Source: the human T2T-CHM13v2.0 reference genome, Homo sapiens | Reading direction: 5' to 3' (one strand) | Length of the DNA stretch: 64,000 nucleotides | Assembly (NCBI RefSeq): GCF_009914755.1 | Contig: NC_060941.1 | In this document: piece by piece, positions 58,496 through 64,000 of the stretch | Position numbering within the stretch: the first letter of the stretch is position 1 | Layout: every line of letters starts with the position of its first letter | The notes under the pieces: model-generated | Databases searched by the model: none | What the model saw: only the letters and a program-made list of their open reading frames with translations | Told to the model about the DNA's origin: nothing | Translations under genes and position numbers: made by a program

Positions 58496-61400
58496 AGTGG
58501 GAGTGTTTGGGGCGAGGTTTGGAAGTGCAAGCAGGTTGGCTTGGCAGGAGTGGGGCAGCCAGCTCTTTGCGATTTAGGTCAGATGGAGCCACAGAAAGAA
58601 ACGGGTGGACTGTCTAATACAGGCCCGGAATGTGTGCAGTAGAGTGTCATGCTTCACAGCAACGAGCCCAGAACCTGTCATAGCCCTGGGACTCTGAGAG
58701 GCAAAAGGGACCCCTCCATGTGGTTAAGGAAAATGAAGCCCAGAAGGAGGCAGGGACTTGAATGAAGCCCAGAGAAGGGAAGGGACTCATCCTAGGTCAC
58801 AGGGTCCATTGGTATTAAACTTGGAATTCAGACATAGGTCTCTCCATCTCCCCACTCTCACCATTTTCCAGCATACAAGATAACATGGATGTACAGATGT
58901 AATATCAGGATGGCTCTAACCTTTGGCGGGGGGTGGGGGTGGGGCTAGGCATACCTCCTCCCTGAGTTAGGAATGAGGGGTGGAGGATGTCTTGCCCTCC
59001 TTGGCAGCTGGAGAAGGTTTCTGTGGCTCACATCAGGGTAGGTGGAAAAGGTTCTGCTCAACTCCTGGCTCATCACATTCTGAGACCAGAAAAATCTTCC
59101 TTTTTCCCACTTCCTTTTCCCTGGAAGGGTTTGTTAGCTGCATCCTCCTCTGTGATAAGTCACCTTTCCTGTGCCATCCCCTGGCTCCTTATCCCCTGGC
59201 TCCTTGTCTCCTGCCCAGACCAAGGAGAGACTTCTTCCAATTCTACATCTGCCCAAGTACCATTAATGTTTATTAGCATTAAGTTCTGTAGTGAGGAGGA
59301 TGAGAGATGCTTGCTAGGCTGAGTGCATTCTTTGGAGATTTCCACCCAGAGCCCTCGCTGTCTGCCTCAGTTTCTCCACCTTTGTCAGTGATTGAGCATG
59401 TATCCAGATGCCAGAGTGTGGGCCCTGGTAGGGCCTGGCTGGGTTTGCCACTGGTGAAGCTGCAGCAAGCACCTCCTAAAGGACTTGGCACCAAAGTCCA
59501 GCTCCTGCCTCTTTTGACCTCATCGCCAAAGGTCTTCCCACCAGGCCAGGATTAATTGCAGGGCAGACATCACAGACCCAAGCCCTCAGGATCCCTGGGG
59601 TGGAGGTGGGGGTGATACTCAGACTCCACCCATCTCTCACCTCTTGGCCCCGGAGCTGTTGACAAAATGCTCTGAGAGTCTAGAACTTTCCCTGAGAGCG
59701 TCCCCTTCCCCCATGCCATCCACATACATATTACAGCAGGTTCTTCTAAGGACATAACTCAGCTCAGGCTCTTGGTATTATTATAACGTTTGACCTGTTT
59801 TCTTCTTTTTAAGCAAAATGTGATCCTATCGGAAGAATACCAACAGATCGGCCACCAATTTTGCTCCCTCTGGACTCCGAAGCCCCACCCATAATGGGGG
59901 CGGGGTGAGCGGGAGGGCTGTTAACTTCCAAGAGACCTGGACTAATTTCCCCGCCATATCCCCCCCAGGGAAAGGTCTGCCCTGGAAGGGAGACCACCCG
60001 GTTAAAGCCTGGCCATCCGATCTGGTATCTGCCCATCTGTCTGTCTGTCTGTCTGTCTGTGGGATCAACAGCCTCCAGCTAGCTCAGCTCCTCACCAGCC
60101 CCAGCCAGCCCAGCCCCAGCGAGCTGTAATTCCTGCCTGTTACAAGTGTTAACACCTGGCCTGGGGCCTTCCTCCCCCGCAGTCTCCAGGTGCCTCCCTG
60201 GGCCCAGCCCACTGACCCCCACGGGGTTTGACTGAACATGTTCACAAGCCTCTGAAAGGTGGGTGGAGGTGGGAGTGGGTGGGAGAGGCAGCAGGACATC
60301 TGACAGATGGGGAAACTGAGGTAGGTCTTAGGCAGGTGCTCGAGTGGGAGGATGGGTCCTGGGATGGCGAGAACTCAGGTGTGCTATTTCCCAGCTCACT
60401 GCCCTTGTCCTCTGCAAAACATTTTCACCCAAGCTGTGAGGCAGGGCAGGCTGGGGACTCCTGGGTGAAGTGTAAGGAAGCAGACCCAGATGGGTGGCCA
60501 CTGGTCCTCAGTCACACAGCGGCAGGGTGAGCTCCTGATCTCCAGCAGGCCCCCTCCATCTGCACGTCCATCGCTGGAATGTAGCAGGTGCTGGGCTAGG
60601 CCCTAATAACATAGGTTCATCCCCCCACCCCAGCGCCCCCAAGAAGAAGAAGAAAGACAAGTTTCTCCACCAGGAGCTAACTGGGACTGACAAGGGGAAT
60701 TCGAGAAATCAGTGCTGTTGTTTCCTGTCCCGGCTCTGTCACTACCTGGAGAACATCTCTTCCTTCCAGGGGTGTCAGTCTGAGGCCCCTTAGAGCTGTC
60801 CCTTCTGGTCAACCTTCTGTCAGGACTGGGGTCTGAGCAGTGTGGACTCAGGGTGTCATGCTTGAGGGTCCGCGTGGACAGAAATCCCAGCTACATGACT
60901 TCCCCTGTAAATCCTTCCTGGGGAATGCATGAGCTGGGTGGGCCAAAGAGGGCAGGCCAAGATGGGCTTAGATGCTCAAAGTACTGGAATCTGACTGCCA
61001 GGCGGGGGGCTGGGTTGGGGAGTGGGGGCAGAAATGGGATCAGGAATCAGAGGCCCATCTACCCTACAGCCCCAGCCCTAACCCTGAGAAGGTGACTCAC
61101 CCTCCACCCCAGCTCCAAGACCAAAGAAAAACAACCTCAGAGAGAAGGGCCAGTGACTCTAGTGCCTGGACAGACAGGACAAGCTGGTGTCAAGGAAGCC
61201 TGTGCCCCTGCCTCTCTAGCTTGCCATCCCTGGCCAGCTGTGCCCCCTGCAGCCACCTTGTGAGACTTTTGCTTCCTGTTGGACCTTCCCTCCAGGCCCA
61301 TGGCTGCCCACCAAACACCCAAGCTCAGGTGTCATTCATACCCACAGGTAGATGTCTGCAAAGATATTCACAGCCACACAGCCCTGGGCCCAGCACCTGG

Positions 61401-61554
61401 GGACAGGATCACAGGCGGACTCAGACACAGCCCTCACACAGCTATGGACTTGAGGCTCACTCTCCTCCTTACAAGCACAATCAGGTCATGGCCATGAGCA
61501 CTGATATTCATGCACAAAGACATCTGTGGGGCTTTCCCCACACTGTCATGAAGG

Positions 61555-61640
61555 CATGCGCGCGCACGTACACACACACACACACACACGCACGCACACA
61601 CACACTCACACACACGCACGCACGCACACACACACTCACA
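61555..61640. repeat. Imperfect (CA)/(CACG)n repeat
   Basis: Read directly from the sequence. Confidence 0.9.
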
Positions 61641-61943
61641 TGCCCAGTCATGAACACAGTCAAGCCCAGCGTCACAGGCAGACACAGGCTCTGACCTTTA
61701 CATGGGCAAAGATACTTCTAGACTTCTCTCTGTCTCTTACACATGTACATACACACATCACAGCACCAGCCACTTGCTCACACTCGTGTGCAGACACACA
61801 CAGCACAACCTGTCGTGGGCATGGATCCCCCAACACGCCCACACGATTTCACATCCATAGTAGCCCAGTTGCAGGCACAAACACTTTTGCACACAGAGAC
61901 ACACTGGTGTATAGAAAACACCTCTTAGGGTCATAGACCCAGA

Positions 61944-61945
61944 AC

Positions 61946-61995
<50 letters not shown>
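61944..61995. repeat. (CA)n microsatellite, ~26 units
   Basis: Read directly from the sequence. Confidence 0.95.
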
Positions 61996-61997
<2 letters not shown>

Positions 61998-63859
61998 CTC
62001 TCCTTGGCTTAGACAAAGCAGCATTCCTGTCCCCCACCAAATTCCCAAACAAGCCATGTGTCTAGCATTATGTTAGGGCCAATGTCTTGACCTTCCAGGT
62101 TTCCCCAGCGTTTCTTCCTATTGGGCAATCCCTATCTAGATGGTCCCCAAGATACCATTTCACACCAGAATCTACACCAACTGGAAGAGTGCCCTCTTCT
62201 AGTTCATAGGGCCGGAGAGACTGGTCTCTCTTCCTCAGTCCCTGCCACCTATGGGCCGCCAAACCTTTCCTTCCTACCCTCCCCCAACCCACCAGAGTCT
62301 CTGCGAAAGCAAGGCGAAAAACGGCATGGCCTTGGCCCGGGAATGGGAAGAGGGTCAGGAATGGCCGGGTGAGGCTGGACTGGTGTTGGCAGCAGCCTTT
62401 CCCCAGACTGGCCGAACCTCCTTCCTGAAGTCCCTGGCTGCCCTGGCCACCCCATGGACTTCTTTATGTGCTGGAAGCCTCAGGTTAGCCCAGCCCCCCG
62501 GAAAAGTGTGGGTTGGGCAGAAGAAAGACTTCCCCTTGGCTGGCTGTCCTGGGAGCAACTCCTAGCACCCTCTAAACAGAGACCCTTGGCCATGTCCCCA
62601 CCCTCTCTCCCAGGAGCCCCAAACACCCAGACACAAATGCTGCCATCCCCAAACAACTGGAAGACTCGGGGTGTGGCCCCCAAGTCTTGCTGTCTCTGCT
62701 CCTCCTACCCTGGACTCTGGGTTGGCGAAAGGCAGGGAGTCTGGGGACCTGCAGGCGGTACCGCACCGTGGTGGCACTTCTTTCTGACTTTCACCCCGGG
62801 GGCCACAGCCCACTTCTCACTCACAGATCCCAAATTCTTCCTCCTCACCTCCCCCCGCCCAGGCCAAGGCTCTCCTATGTCCAGGAGGGGAAGATTCTTT
62901 AATTAAAGTTTTCCGGAATGTAGGGGGCTGGAGACTGGGGAGAGGCGGAGTGTAATTTAGAGAACTGGTTTCAGTGTCTTCCCCTCTGGCCCCTGGGACC
63001 TGCGGAGGGTGGGAGAGCGGCGATGGGGCCGCTCGGAAAACAAGGGGACTCCTGGAGCTGGGGCTCCCAAAGCGATGTTTATTCCTCACCCAGGCCCCCC
63101 AGACACGCACAGCCCCCCCCAAGCACTGCTCCCGGCTTCCCAGTCTTATTTACTAAAATGTCTTTTGTATCCACATTTCTCAGGGACGGAATTCTCCCTT
63201 CCCTCTCCCTTTCTCCTCGGTCCTCGGTTTTCCAAAAGGAAGAAATGTGACATGGAGAATTGGATTTTTGGTCAAAGAACAACAAGCCTACCCCTCCCAG
63301 ACAACACATTTTCAAGGAACCCCCCTTTTGCCAGGGTGGACAAGCAAGAAATGAATAAAATCCGAATTCAATGGCATCCCGGATCAGCAAATACCATATT
63401 CACTTCAGAGGCTCAAGATGAATCTAGAGCGGTGGGGAGAATCTGATGAAATCCCCCCACCCACTCCCCTGCCCCGGGAGGAGCCCTGAAGCCTTTGGGG
63501 TCTGAAATAGGAAGGCAAAGGGGGGTTATTATGGGGAATCTCTTGATGGAGGCGCCGGCAGAGGTGGGGTGGCAGTGAAGGAACAGGATGGTTTTGCCCA
63601 TGAAGACCCCAAAATGGAGAAGAGGAGTGGCTGGGCCCCAGGGACAGTGCTGGATTTCCAGAAACCCAACTGCAAGCAAATGGGGGGTCTTCGGGGGCCT
63701 CTAGATTGGGACGGGCAGAGGGTTAGGATCTAAGAATAAGAAACCTTCTGAGATGGGAAAAGTCCTCCAGCCCCTGCAGCGGGGAGCAGGGAAAATGGTG
63801 ATTATCAGAGGAGCCAGGAGTTGGATTCTGAAGGCGACACCAGCAGAAAATCCAGGAGG

Positions 63860-64000
63860 GGTGGGCGGGTGGGGGGCTGGAGGGAGGCGAGGAGAGGAGC
63901 CCCAGCCCTGCAGCGGCCCACCCCCAGCCGGCGCCCCCACCTTCCCCGGACGCGGCGGAGAAACCGGGCCGCGGGCAGACAAGAGGCGAGTCTTACCACC
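63860..64000. promoter_or_regulatory. Edge of the WNT3 5' CpG island
   Basis: CpG density rises next to the exon 1 donor. Confidence 0.65.
63997..64000 (-). CDS. WNT3: Last 4 nt of WNT3 exon 1 (remainder lies beyond the window)
   Basis: Minus strand GGTG|GTAAGA, strong donor at 63996-63991; (T)GG TG|G TCC gives the W-W-S junction with exon 2; CpG-rich context. Confidence 0.8.

Noticed and set aside
60972-61694. 240-aa + strand ORF
   Set aside because: Non-ATG start, runs through a CA repeat (THTHTH) and shows no recognisable homology

Overview
Human genomic DNA, recognisable as the NSF-WNT3 locus (17q21.3). + strand: the last two exons of NSF (C-terminus [25 protein letters not shown]) and its ~1.65 kb 3'UTR. 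- strand: almost all of WNT3, convergent with NSF, with ~5 kb between the two 3' ends. Visible parts are the last 4 nt of exon 1 at the window edge, a 44.6 kb intron 1, coding exons 2-4 (242, 266 and 488 nt, all GT-AG and in frame) and a non-coding exon 5 with tandem poly(A) signals. The rest is intron or intergenic DNA with about 35 Alus, MIR and L1 relics, a Tigger4-type DNA transposon, a MER21-like LTR, a solo LTR12 with TSD, an intragenic CpG island and microsatellites. No prokaryotic genes, CRISPR array or novel protein-coding system can be supported; almost all small ORFs in the track are Alu, GC-rich or antisense artefacts. The best leads are regulatory and splicing hypotheses: (i) a candidate UG-repeat-guarded poison exon in WNT3 intron 1 that turns the split Trp codon into TGA; (ii) inverted Alus closely flanking WNT3 exon 4 (circRNA or NMD-immune skip isoform); (iii) a candidate NSF microexon plus a NAGNAG acceptor that would vary the NSF C-terminus; (iv) a perfect five-unit heat-shock element; (v) an antisense solo LTR12 promoter with its own splice donor. 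Repeat boundaries and subfamilies were read by eye and are approximate.
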